Below, piece after piece: positions 1 to 9,800 of a DNA stretch of 64,000 bases. This DNA comes from Bacteroidia bacterium (lineage in GTDB: Bacteria > Bacteroidota > Bacteroidia > NS11-12g > UBA9320), in contig CBDCFW010000006.1 in NCBI GenBank assembly GCA_965216465.1, forward strand, positions 1-64,000. Direction: 5' to 3'. Position numbers and translations under genes: made by a program. The notes below the pieces were generated by a model, which worked only from the letters and a program-made list of their open reading frames with translations, was not told the DNA's origin and ran no database searches. Numbering within the stretch: position 1 is the stretch's first letter; each line of letters starts with the position of its first letter.

Positions 1-13
1 GTTGAATCTGTTA

Positions 14-544
14 TTAAGAACTGCTCACATATTTTTTACGTAAGGCATTGAGCAATTCTTCCGATTTTATTTGGTCTTGATGCAAGAGAAGCGTGGTCAT
101 AAAGCCATCAATATAGCTTAAAATCAGGTATGCCTCGGCTTCGGCTCCTATATAATTCAAGTCGTTTAACGCATCTAAAATCAGCACACGCAAGGGTTCA
201 AAGAGACTTTTCCCTCGTTGATCTTCAACGAACTTTAATCCATAAAGCAAACGCCATAAGTCAAACTGATCTTCAGGAAGACCAAAAGGAATTTCCATGG
301 CCTCTTGAATTCGCTCAGAAGATGATTCGATTTGATTCAGTCGATGAACTTGAAAAGCAATTTGTTCCTCACCTTGCTCTAAAAATGCATCGAGAAGACC
401 TCTTTTATTGCGAAAGTGTCTAAAGATTAGACCTTCTGACACCTGTGCATGCTCTGCAATTGATGCCGTTGAAACTCCATGGTAGCCATCTCGGGCAAAA
501 AGAAGAAGAGCTGAATTTAGAATAGATTGCTTACGTGCTGTCAT
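14..544 (-). CDS. TetR/AcrR family transcriptional regulator
   Basis: N-terminal TetR HTH: ILNSALLLFARDGYHGVSTASIAEHAQVSEGLIFRHFRNK. Confidence 0.92.
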   Translation of the reverse strand: MTARKQSILNSALLLFARDGYHGVSTASIAEHAQVSEGLIFRHFRNKRGLLDAFLEQGEEQIAFQVHRLNQIESSSERIQEAMEIPFGLPEDQFDLWRLLYGLKFVEDQRGKSLFEPLRVLILDALNDLNYIGAEAEAYLILSYIDGFMTTLLLHQDQIKSEELLNALRKKYVSSS

Positions 545-559
545 AATTATCTAGGTACA

Positions 560-596
560 AATTTGACTCCTCAAATTAGAAAGTATGTACTCACTT
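560..596. promoter_or_regulatory. Two inverted repeats in the TetR/YfiT divergent region; candidate TetR operator(s)
   Basis: AATTTGA-CTCC-TCAAATT (560-577) and imperfect AAGT-AT-GTAC-TC-ACTT (581-596) just upstream of the TetR start; operator role is inferred. Confidence 0.4.
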
Positions 597-651
597 ATAC
601 ACGATTACAGCGAATTGACTACCTTTATATCCAGAAACCAACATCACTACA

Positions 652-1185
652 ATGGAACACTTAAAATACCCCATCGGCAAATACAAAACTCCAGAACATC
701 TTGACCTCGAACAAATACCTTTCTGGGTCGGAATCATAAGAAACTTTCCTGCTAAACTTATTCATTTGGTAGAAAATCTGTCAGAAGAAGAACTAAATTG
801 GAAATACCGCCCAGATGGTTGGTGTATTAGGCAAGTGGTTCATCATTGTGCCGACAGCCATCTGAACGCCATTGTGCGGTTTAAGCTTGCACTAACAGAA
901 GATGTACCCACGATTAAACCGTATTTAGAAGGTGAGTGGGCAAAGTTAAACGAGTACCAAGACAATAATTTATCTTCATCGATTCAAATCTTAAAGGGAG
1001 TACATCATAAACTGTCAGCCATGATCGAAGATCTGACAGAAGACCAATTGAAAAAAGAATACTACCACCCAGAGCACAAGAAAAACCTAGACCTCTACTT
1101 CACTGTTGGTATGTACGCATGGCACGCCAATCACCATTTGGCTCATGTAGAACAAGCACTCGCTGCCAAAGGGTCATACAATTAG
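652..1185 (+). CDS. YfiT/DinB-family metal-dependent protein (bacillithiol transferase-like)
   Basis: LKYPIG start, YRPDGWxIRQVVHHCADSH, WHxxHHLAH metal-binding His motifs. Confidence 0.88.
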   Translation: MEHLKYPIGKYKTPEHLDLEQIPFWVGIIRNFPAKLIHLVENLSEEELNWKYRPDGWCIRQVVHHCADSHLNAIVRFKLALTEDVPTIKPYLEGEWAKLNEYQDNNLSSSIQILKGVHHKLSAMIEDLTEDQLKKEYYHPEHKKNLDLYFTVGMYAWHANHHLAHVEQALAAKGSYN

Positions 1186-1228
1186 CTGACAAAAATTCTG
1201 ACATAATTGCATTTATTGCTGTTGGTAT

Positions 1229-1260
1229 TATATTTGTATATACAATTGTTGTTTATACGT
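1229..1260 (+). promoter_or_regulatory. Bacteroidota -7 box overlapped by a palindromic operator, with a second degenerate copy
   Basis: TATATTTG at 1229-1236; perfect palindrome TTGTATATACAA at 1234-1245; degenerate copy TTGTTTATACGT at 1249-1260, directly before an operon encoding a MarR regulator. Confidence 0.55.
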
Positions 1261-1264
1261 TATT

Positions 1265-1798
1265 ATGAGAAAAATTGTAGCAATGGGTGCAAGTAACAGC
1301 ACAAAATCGATCAACAAAGAGTTGGCAACATACACTGCCAATCAAGTTGACAATGCAGAGGTTGAAGTTATAGATCTTAACGAATACGAAATGCCTATTT
1401 ATGGTATTGATCGTGAGCGAGAGCAAGGTATACCACAGAAGGCGATTGAATTTAAATCGAAGCTGGAAAATTCAGATGGTATTGTAATTTCTTTCGCCGA
1501 GCATAACGGGGCATATTCTGCAGCCTTCAAAAACATTATGGACTGGATATCAAGAATTAACAAAGACACTTGGGCCAACAAACCGATGTTTCTTTTAGCA
1601 ACTTCTCCAGGTTCTCGTGGAGGTGCAACTGTTTTGGATATTGCTGTAAATAAGTTTAAGTTTATGAACTCAAATGCTATTCAAAGTTTTTCACTTCCAT
1701 TTTTTGGAAAGTACTTCGACCATAATAATGGGATAAATGAACCTGGGTTGAAAGAAGATTTTGAAAAGCAATTGAACCAATTTGAACTATCGTTATGA
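1265..1798 (+). CDS. NAD(P)H-dependent FMN reductase (flavodoxin-like)
   Basis: GASNSTKSIN FMN-binding loop, AEHNGAYSAAFKN, ATSPGSRGG motifs. Confidence 0.9.
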   Translation: MRKIVAMGASNSTKSINKELATYTANQVDNAEVEVIDLNEYEMPIYGIDREREQGIPQKAIEFKSKLENSDGIVISFAEHNGAYSAAFKNIMDWISRINKDTWANKPMFLLATSPGSRGGATVLDIAVNKFKFMNSNAIQSFSLPFFGKYFDHNNGINEPGLKEDFEKQLNQFELSL

Positions 1799-2220
1799 AA
1801 AAAAGCTACTATCAAACCGTTCATCAAATAATTCGCACAGGACATTGGATTACGGACCAAGTTAGTAAAGAACTTAAAGAGTTCGAGGTTTCTGAACCAC
1901 AGTATAATGTACTAAGAATCTTAAAAGGTGCAGGTAAAAATCCATGCTCTGTTCAATACATTTCTGAACGAATGATACAACGTAGCAGTAATGTCACACG
2001 AATCTTAGATAAACTAATAGCAAGAAACTTTGTTGAACGTAGAGAGTGCAAAGAGAATCGGAGAAAGATGGATGTAACCATTACGCAAGATGGTTTGAAC
2101 TATCTTAAAAAACTTGACCGTAGACTCGAATCGTTTCATAAGCCTTTTAGTGAAAACCTTTCAGAAAAAGAGAGCTTTGCACTTACGGCATTAATTCAAA
2201 AAATGTTTAGCAATGAATAA
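1795..2220 (+). CDS. MarR family transcriptional regulator
   Basis: QYNVLRILKG...SNVTRILDKL...VER...NRR winged helix; ATGA overlap with the upstream gene. Confidence 0.92.
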   Translation: MKKSYYQTVHQIIRTGHWITDQVSKELKEFEVSEPQYNVLRILKGAGKNPCSVQYISERMIQRSSNVTRILDKLIARNFVERRECKENRRKMDVTITQDGLNYLKKLDRRLESFHKPFSENLSEKESFALTALIQKMFSNE

Positions 2221-3079
2221 ACTTAGAAGCATTAAACAAGTGGTACCTGCCCAAAAAGTAAACATGGGAGGTCACCTATTAGATCAACCTTTACCTGTTC
2301 AAGGTTTAGAAATGGTCGACCCATTTTTATTGATTCATCATTGGAAAAGTGTATTACCAGGTGGTCAAAACCCTAGAGATGTTGGCGTGGGACCACATCC
2401 CCATCGAGGATTTTCACCGGTAACTTTCATTTTTAAAGGCAATGTTGAACACCGCGATTCATTGGGCAATCATGCTGTTGTAAATGACGGAGGAACTCAA
2501 TGGATGTTTGCTGGAAGAGGCATAACGCATAGCGAAAGAATGTCGAACGAATTGGTTGAAAATGGTGGAGACCTTGAGTTTATTCAGTTTTGGGTAAACG
2601 CTCCAGCAGATAAGAAAATGGAACAACCTTTTTACAAGCCTATTTCAGAAGAAGAAACTCCATTGGTGGAGGATGATAAAAGTAAAATTTGGGTTGTAAG
2701 CGGAACGTACAAAGGAACCGAGGGTGTAGCACCGACTTACTCTTCGCAACTTCTTTTGAGAGGTACAATACAAAAGGACGGAGAGGTTACGATTCCTACT
2801 CCTGACAACCACAACACCCTGCTTTATCTGCTTGAAGGTGGGCTAAAATCCAACGATAAGACCTTGTTAACCAAAGACATGGCCGTGTATCATAACGACG
2901 GAAATGAGATTAGTCTGAAAGCAACAGCTGACAGTACATTTATTCTTCTTTCTGGCGAACCCTTGAATGAGCCTGTTGCCTCGTATGGACCGTTTGTAAT
3001 GAATAACGAAACACAGCTTATGGAAGCCCTGCGAGACGCTCAAATGGGCAAGATGGGTATATTGATTGAGGAGTTTTAA
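2213..3079 (+). CDS. Pirin family protein
   Basis: DPFLLIHH, GPHPHRGFSPVT, QWMFAGRGITHSE, GPFVMN pirin motifs. Confidence 0.95.
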   Translation: MNKLRSIKQVVPAQKVNMGGHLLDQPLPVQGLEMVDPFLLIHHWKSVLPGGQNPRDVGVGPHPHRGFSPVTFIFKGNVEHRDSLGNHAVVNDGGTQWMFAGRGITHSERMSNELVENGGDLEFIQFWVNAPADKKMEQPFYKPISEEETPLVEDDKSKIWVVSGTYKGTEGVAPTYSSQLLLRGTIQKDGEVTIPTPDNHNTLLYLLEGGLKSNDKTLLTKDMAVYHNDGNEISLKATADSTFILLSGEPLNEPVASYGPFVMNNETQLMEALRDAQMGKMGILIEEF

Positions 3080-3080
3080 T

Positions 3081-3464
3081 ATGGCAAGAATTACAGCTAT
3101 AACGCATCAATCGTACGAGACAGATATTCGAGGTGGCAATCATCAGATGATTTCTGACCAGCCAATTGAAAAAGGCGGAGAAGACAAAGGTTTTACACCT
3201 AGAGAGCTACTTTCCGCTTCGTTAGCCTCATGCACAACAATTACCATTCGAATGTACTTGAATCGTAAAGATTGGCCTATTGAAAGTATCGAAGTAAGTG
3301 TCGATGACCACTCTCAAGATGATGATCCACACTACAGAAAATTTATTAAAATAAATGGAGATGTTACGGAGCATCAGATAAAAAGGATGCTCCTCATCTC
3401 CAAAAAATGTCCAATCCATAAAATGCTTGCTGAAAGCATTGAAATTAGAACCGAAGTAATATGA
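3081..3464 (+). CDS. OsmC/YhfA family protein
   Basis: DQPIEKGGEDKGFTPRELLSASLASCT and KCPIHK; ATG 3081 chosen, just after the pirin stop. Confidence 0.88.
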   Translation: MARITAITHQSYETDIRGGNHQMISDQPIEKGGEDKGFTPRELLSASLASCTTITIRMYLNRKDWPIESIEVSVDDHSQDDDPHYRKFIKINGDVTEHQIKRMLLISKKCPIHKMLAESIEIRTEVI

Positions 3465-3874
3465 AAGATATCGTAAAAAAGTACTCGAATGGTGACATTA
3501 CCATTGTATGGCGACCAGCAAAATGTATGCATGCGGCAGAATGTGTGAAAGCATTGCCAAACGTTTATGACCCAAAGAAAAGACCTTGGATAACTGCAGA
3601 GAATGCCACTTCACGTGAGCTGCGCGACCAAGTTGCATTATGTCCCTCAGGAGCATTATCCATTTTAGAGGATGAGCAAAAGCTTGCTGATAATACAGAA
3701 ACAAGTATCGATGTAATGGCCAATGGCCCTCTCATCGTGCATGGAAACATAAAGGTAAACCACGGCGATGCTACAGACGAAAAAAGCGAGAAAACAGCTT
3801 TCTGCAGATGCGGAGCCTCTTCAAACAAACCATACTGCGATGGTTCGCATATGAAAATTGAATTTAAAGGTTGA
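3461..3874 (+). CDS. Divergent 4Fe-4S mono-cluster (YjdI-like) domain fused to a CDGSH iron-sulfur domain
   Basis: N-terminal CMHAAECV...CPSGAL; C-terminal FCRCGASSNKPYCDGSH. Confidence 0.88.
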   Translation: MKDIVKKYSNGDITIVWRPAKCMHAAECVKALPNVYDPKKRPWITAENATSRELRDQVALCPSGALSILEDEQKLADNTETSIDVMANGPLIVHGNIKVNHGDATDEKSEKTAFCRCGASSNKPYCDGSHMKIEFKG

Positions 3875-3892
3875 TACTTGTAACTCGTAGTC

Positions 3893-4168
3893 ATGGATAT
3901 TAAAATTACAGACAACCCGAGCGAGAAGCAGTTCGAATCGAATATTCAAAACGAGCTAGCCAAAATTGAATACATCATCAGCAAGGATAAAATTTATTTA
4001 ACGCACACTGAAGTTCCACCCGCTTTGGGAGGCAAGGGCATTGGGTCGGCCTTAATGAAAGGGGTATTTGAAATTATTGAAAAAAGAAATCTCAAGCTTG
4101 TTCCGCTTTGTCCTTTTGTGCTTTCATACCTCAATCGTCACCAAGAGTGGAATAAACTCTTGGCGTAA
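3893..4168 (+). CDS. YjdJ-like small GNAT acetyltransferase
   Basis: LTHTEVPPALGGKGIG...PLCPFV motif, 91 aa. Confidence 0.88.
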   Translation: MDIKITDNPSEKQFESNIQNELAKIEYIISKDKIYLTHTEVPPALGGKGIGSALMKGVFEIIEKRNLKLVPLCPFVLSYLNRHQEWNKLLA

Positions 4169-4171
4169 ACC

Positions 4172-5344
4172 ATGTTTGACGAAGAAGACTTTGAACCCTA
4201 TGTGTTCCACTATCCTTTATGGATAAAGTGGATGGCCATTCTGCTTTTTATTGGCTCTATTGTCGCAATTATTCTTATTCCTAGCGAAGATCCTGGATTC
4301 AAAATTGGCTTTTCTGCCTTGGGTCTTCTTTGTGCATTAGGCATTTATGATGCGTATCATTTTAAACTTGAAATAACAGAAACCGAAATTACTTCACATA
4401 ATGTTCTTAAAACCAAAAGACTGCTGATCAACGATATTACTCGAATTGACATAAACGACAACTACCTCTTTTTTTATACCGAAACGAACAAAATCAAATT
4501 GTCAAAATACGTAAGCGGGTATTACGAGATTGAAGAATGGGCCAAAGAAAAATTTGAGAATGATATCTCAACTATAAAACAACATGAGCTGGAAGAGGTG
4601 CTCACTGACGAAGAATTGGGCGATGATTTCATTGAGCGGCACATGAAAATTGAAGCCGTTCGAAAAACTGCTAAAGCGTTTAATACTGGCAGTTGGATAT
4701 TGGGTGCAGTCAGTTTGTTAATCACCTCGATTGAATCGATAGTATTTCCAATACATCTTGCATTTGGATGGATTATTATCGCATTTGTTCTTGCTAATAA
4801 AGGCAAGGTTAAAATCTATGACAAAGACAAGAATAAAGAATACTATATGCCAAATGTGCTAAGTGGTATAGCAGTCACATTTATATCATTGGCACTTAAA
4901 GCTAGCCTTATTGCCGAGACATACAATTACATGACACCCTTATTCCTATCAATTCCGATTGCAATTGTTGTTTGCAGTATTTTATTGAATGTAAGTGGTG
5001 AGTTCAAAGCCAAGCGGTTTAAAGCAGCTGGCACATTTCTTATATTAGGCTTGTTTCTATTCTTTGGAAGCATTGGAAGTTTAATCGGCATAAATGCCTT
5101 TTACGATTTTTCTGAGCCAACAAAGTACAAAACCACAATTCAAAAGAAAGTTGACGATGCAGGGGAGTACTCCAAAAACCGAATAGATCTAAACGCATGG
5201 GGACCTTTAAATAAGGAAACAAGCGTTGAAAATGTGTATTTCTCCATTTATGAAGACTTAAAGGTTGGAGACACCTTAGCTGTTAATTATTACAACGGAG
5301 TATTCCAATTTGGATGGTACGAAGTTGAATTTAGTTACCCGTAG
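4172..5344 (+). CDS. Hypothetical multi-pass membrane protein
   Basis: 390-aa ORF: 2 N-terminal TM helices, a soluble region, then ~5 TM helices; follows the GNAT gene after 3 nt. Confidence 0.75.
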   Translation: MFDEEDFEPYVFHYPLWIKWMAILLFIGSIVAIILIPSEDPGFKIGFSALGLLCALGIYDAYHFKLEITETEITSHNVLKTKRLLINDITRIDINDNYLFFYTETNKIKLSKYVSGYYEIEEWAKEKFENDISTIKQHELEEVLTDEELGDDFIERHMKIEAVRKTAKAFNTGSWILGAVSLLITSIESIVFPIHLAFGWIIIAFVLANKGKVKIYDKDKNKEYYMPNVLSGIAVTFISLALKASLIAETYNYMTPLFLSIPIAIVVCSILLNVSGEFKAKRFKAAGTFLILGLFLFFGSIGSLIGINAFYDFSEPTKYKTTIQKKVDDAGEYSKNRIDLNAWGPLNKETSVENVYFSIYEDLKVGDTLAVNYYNGVFQFGWYEVEFSYP

Positions 5345-5754
5345 TATTCTACATACTGATTTTCTGTTTCAAACAGTTTGATACAATGTAGGGTTGCACC
5401 TTCAGGCAATTCAGGTTCTATTTGATCCCAAATTTTGATAACAATGTTTTCGATTGAAGGCATTACGTCTTTCAAAAAGTCGACATCAAGATTAAAATTC
5501 TTATGATCGAGCTTCGACACAACCTTCTCTTCAAGAATTACTTTTAGCTTTTTGAGGTCCATTACAAAAGCGGTATCCGGATTTACGGTTCCTTTAACTG
5601 TAACGTGCATATCAAAATTATGACCATGCCAATTTCGATTCGCACACTTTCCAAAAACTGCATCATTCTGCTCTTCTGTCCAATTGGGATTAAACAGTTT
5701 GTGAGCACCATTAAAATGAACCTTTCGGGTTACGTATACCAGTTTCTCTGACAT
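5335..5754 (-). CDS. queD: 6-carboxytetrahydropterin / 6-pyruvoyl-tetrahydropterin synthase family protein
   Basis: HFNGAHKL, CANRNWHGHNF, LDHKNFN, PSIENI, LFETEN motifs; QueD versus PTPS specificity not resolved. Confidence 0.85.
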   Translation of the reverse strand: MSEKLVYVTRKVHFNGAHKLFNPNWTEEQNDAVFGKCANRNWHGHNFDMHVTVKGTVNPDTAFVMDLKKLKVILEEKVVSKLDHKNFNLDVDFLKDVMPSIENIVIKIWDQIEPELPEGATLHCIKLFETENQYVEYYG

Positions 5755-5761
5755 TGCGGTG

Positions 5762-5769
5762 CAAAGTTA
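5762..5769 (-). promoter_or_regulatory. Bacteroidota -7 promoter box (TAACTTTG) for queD
   Basis: Exact TAnnTTTG consensus 7 nt upstream of the ATG. Confidence 0.55.
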
Positions 5770-5845
5770 ATCGCTTCACGAAGTATATTACAACAAGTGT
5801 TATAAATCATATTTCACGGTGTGCATATCATTGACTTGATATTCC

Positions 5846-5853
5846 TAACTTTG
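5846..5853 (+). promoter_or_regulatory. Bacteroidota -7 promoter box (TAACTTTG) for hldD
   Basis: Exact TAnnTTTG consensus 5 nt upstream of the ATG. Confidence 0.55.
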
Positions 5854-5858
5854 CATCA

Positions 5859-6818
5859 ATGGCGATTGTGGTAACCGGAGCAGCCGGTTTTATTGGTAGT
5901 TGTTTGGCTTCGTACCTAAACAAAAAAGGAATAGAGGACCTCATCTTGGTCGATGATTTTTCAAAGACTGAAAAGTCAAGGAACTTAGAACACATAAAGT
6001 TTTCTGCAAAAATTGATCGAAACGTGTTTTTGCAAGACATACATCGACATACCATCTCCTTCATTTTTCACATCGGAGCAAGAACGGATACTACTGAATT
6101 TGATTCTTCCATTTTCGATGAGCTGAATATGGCCTATTCTCAAGCCATTTGGAATCATTGCACCACAAACGAAATTCCTCTGCTTTATGCTTCTTCTGCT
6201 GCCACTTATGGTGGAGGCGAGCACGGTTTTAATGATACTGATTCCATAGCTGAATTAGCACCCCTTAACCCTTACGGCCAAAGCAAGCAGGATTTTGACG
6301 TTTGGGCAAAAAAGCAAACTACACAGCCGCCTTTCTGGGTTGGCTTGAAATTTTTCAACGTGTTTGGGCCAAATGAATATCATAAAGGAAGAATGGCTAG
6401 CGTAGTTATGCATGCTTTCAATCAAATAAAAAGCAACGGCCAATTGAAGTTGTTTCAATCGCACAACGAAAACTACAACCATGGAGAGCAGATTAGAGAT
6501 TTCATCTACATTAAAGACCTTTTAGAGTTGATGTGGTTTTGGTTTGAAAATCAAAATCGTTCAGGAATTTACAACGCTGGAACAGGAACCGCTCGAACAT
6601 TTAACGACCTCGCGAAATCTATCTTTAGTGCTCTGAGTCTAGAACCAAACATCACCTACATCCCTACTCCTGAAGATATTCGCGACAAGTATCAGTATTT
6701 CACTGAGGCTACAATGCAAAAGACTCGAGATGCTGGTTTTAGTCATCAGTTTATGGAGCTTGAAGATTCCGTTTCGGACTATGTACAATCGTATTTAAAC
6801 TCAAATTCTATTTATTGA
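5859..6818 (+). CDS. hldD: ADP-L-glycero-D-manno-heptose 6-epimerase
   Basis: VVTGAAGFIGS, YASSAATYG, PLNPYGQSK, FFNVFGPNEYHKGRMASV, KYQYFTEA signature. Confidence 0.95.
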   Translation: MAIVVTGAAGFIGSCLASYLNKKGIEDLILVDDFSKTEKSRNLEHIKFSAKIDRNVFLQDIHRHTISFIFHIGARTDTTEFDSSIFDELNMAYSQAIWNHCTTNEIPLLYASSAATYGGGEHGFNDTDSIAELAPLNPYGQSKQDFDVWAKKQTTQPPFWVGLKFFNVFGPNEYHKGRMASVVMHAFNQIKSNGQLKLFQSHNENYNHGEQIRDFIYIKDLLELMWFWFENQNRSGIYNAGTGTARTFNDLAKSIFSALSLEPNITYIPTPEDIRDKYQYFTEATMQKTRDAGFSHQFMELEDSVSDYVQSYLNSNSIY

Positions 6819-9800
6819 AGAAGATATTTAAAATAACATGGATTTTGGCAGGTCTCGTATTTCTCGGGCTTGTGATTAGTTATTTTACCGGCGTTTCTTC
6901 TCAAAACGAACTAGAAATTGAGCATGATCTGAATCAATTTATTGAACGACTTCAAGAGGAGTCAGAACAGATTTTTGATGAAGTTCTTCCAGTTAGCTTC
7001 GATTCTGAAAAACATGAAACTGCAAAGCAACTCAAAAAACAAAAGTGGTATCTGATTGTAGGCAACCAAAATCAGAAGACCTATTGGAATAGTAATAAAA
7101 TTGACCTTGATTCTTCAGTATTTAACCGGCAGTCTTTCCCTTGTTACTATCAGTTTGGTGACGACATTTATTGTCTGTTTAATCGAAACAAAGCTTATTT
7201 AGCCTTTAGAGTTGCAAATGATGGCAAGCTACACGACCGCATTTCGGACAAGTACCACAACTTAAAGAATTACCAACTGATTCATCGTTCAGATGAACAT
7301 GTCTGGGATATTGGTCCAGCTCAGTTTGAATACCAGGGGAGCAATAACAATTTGAACATGTGGCTCACCTTTGAGCTTACTTTTTTATTGTTCTTTTTGC
7401 TGCTTTTATACATTAGAGAAAGAAACAGAAAAGGAGTGCTTGCGGCCTTACTTGTATTGCTCGTAAACGTTGGATTAAGTCTATTTTCTGGTCTTTCTTT
7501 AAAGGAATACTACCTCATAGATGCTCCGAGCTTTGTGAACCATTCAGAGACCCAAGTGCTGCTTCTGCTCTTTATTCATCTGATTACGGGGTTGGCCATT
7601 ATTTTATCGCTCATATCAGCCGTTCGAGAGAAGCAAAACAAACTCTACTTCATTGCAATATCCACCATACTATTTTTTGCTGCCGACTTATTGCTAGATC
7701 TAGGACGATTGCTTTGTGAAAGGTCAACAATCTCGTTTGACTTTGAAAAACTATTTGGACTCACTATTCACTCGTTTGCCGCATTAAGCTTCATCTGTTT
7801 ATCGCTTATCAGTATTTGGTTAATAACCTATGTAAGCAGATTAAGTAGTAGACAAAACTTGAAAAACACATGGTGGCAAGTTGCACTAGGAGCTGTTTTA
7901 TTTGTCTCATTTCAATTCTTAGATACTTCGAGACCATTAAATAGTTTGATGAACCCAATGCTGGTCGTGCTGATCAGTGTGCTAATTTTTCAGTTTATTG
8001 AATCAGCCAAGTACCGAATATATCTACACTTCATTTATACCAGTATTTTGGCTTCAATTCTGGTCTATTCAGGCCAAGAGAATCGTGAATTGTACTATTC
8101 TCAAGCATTCGCTGCTCAGCTAATAGAGAACAAAGACCAGCAAGCCGAAGATATTTTAACTTCAATTGAAAATCCGTTAGCTCAAGAGTTTTTGGTACCT
8201 GAAGACTATCAAAATTTTGTTCTAAGAAAAGACCGGATAGAGAATAGAATTAAGCAATTGTACTTCAGTCATTATCTTGAAAAATACGAACTAAAGCTGC
8301 TTAGTTTCGATTCTATTGGCACCAACATCAACGAAAATATTTTGTACAGTTTCGAGTACCTCGATGACCAGTACAACAACAATACGAAAAGAACTTCGAG
8401 CGACTATTTCTATCAAATTGAAGAACCTGAACACTTCAATGGCTATATAGCAAAGTATGAAAATTGCGATATAGACGGTCATAATGGAACAACCTTTATC
8501 TTGCTTCAACCTCGGGTTGTAGAGTCAGAATTCCTATATCCAGAAGTATTTGCTAATCAACAATCGAAAGAGGTTGTAAATTTGAGTGACTACTCATACG
8601 GCGTCTACTTTAACAATCGCTTAATTAACCAGAAAGGAAGTTATTCTTATTTGTTGAACGAAGCACCCAAGCCAACAGACTTCAAACTGTTTTCGTTTAA
8701 CAGTACCGCTCAACGCGTTTATGACAATGGGAAATTTCAGGTCGTACTCACCAAAAAGGAGAATTGGTTGATTTCATGGTTATCGGCTTTCACATTTTGC
8801 CTTACCATATTACTTCCTGTTTGCTTCTTTATTTCGCTTTGTGCACGCTATACAATTGACAAAGATCATGCGTTAGCAGTAGCTTTTCTTCCAGGGACCT
8901 CAAAATATTTAAGCTCTCGCATTCAGACTTCGCTGACTATTATTCTATTGGCTGGGCTGCTCTTATCCGTCTACATCATTATCGGGTTTATTCGAGCGAA
9001 TTATAATCAGAACTTAGAGAACCAATTGCTTACACGTGTTAAGAATATAGGGTCTCAATTTCAAAATAAAATTGATCTTCAAAAAAGACTAAAAAATGCC
9101 GAAGAGGTTCAAGTAATGCTCAACGAAGAGTCAAGCACTTACAAGGTTGATATTAATCTATTTCATTCAAACGGCACTTTACTGGGAACAACTAAACGCT
9201 ACCTTTTAGATGATGAAGTGCTAGGGGCTCAGATGAACCCCAAAGCCTTTGCAGACCTCACCATGAAGCAGAATTCTATTTTGCTCATTCAAGAAGAATT
9301 AGAAGGATCAGATTACCTGAGTGCTTACGTACCACTTTTTGATGGCAAAAATCATGTAATTGGCTATTTAAACACCCCATTCTTTGCAAAAAACGAAGAG
9401 TTAAACAAGCAGATTTCGTCGTTAGTTGTAAACGTATTGAATATCTATTTCTTGCTTCTCTTAGCCGGGGTAATTATTGCCTACTTCATTTCTAAACAGA
9501 TTTCAAAGCCCCTATTACTGATACGTGAAAAAATTGCTAAAACTGAACTTCTTGGGCATAACGAACTGATTATTTATGAGCGCGATGATGAAATTGGTCA
9601 ACTCGTTAAGCAGTACAACAAAATGGTGCTGGAGTTGGAAGAAAGTGTAAGCAGTTTGGCTGAAAGTGAACGTGAAGGTGCATGGAGAGAAATGGCAAAA
9701 CAGGTAGCTCACGAAATCAAAAATCCATTGACCCCTATGCAGTTGAGTATTCAGCATTTGCAACGTGCATATGCCAATGGCCCGAGCGAAAAGCTGGATT

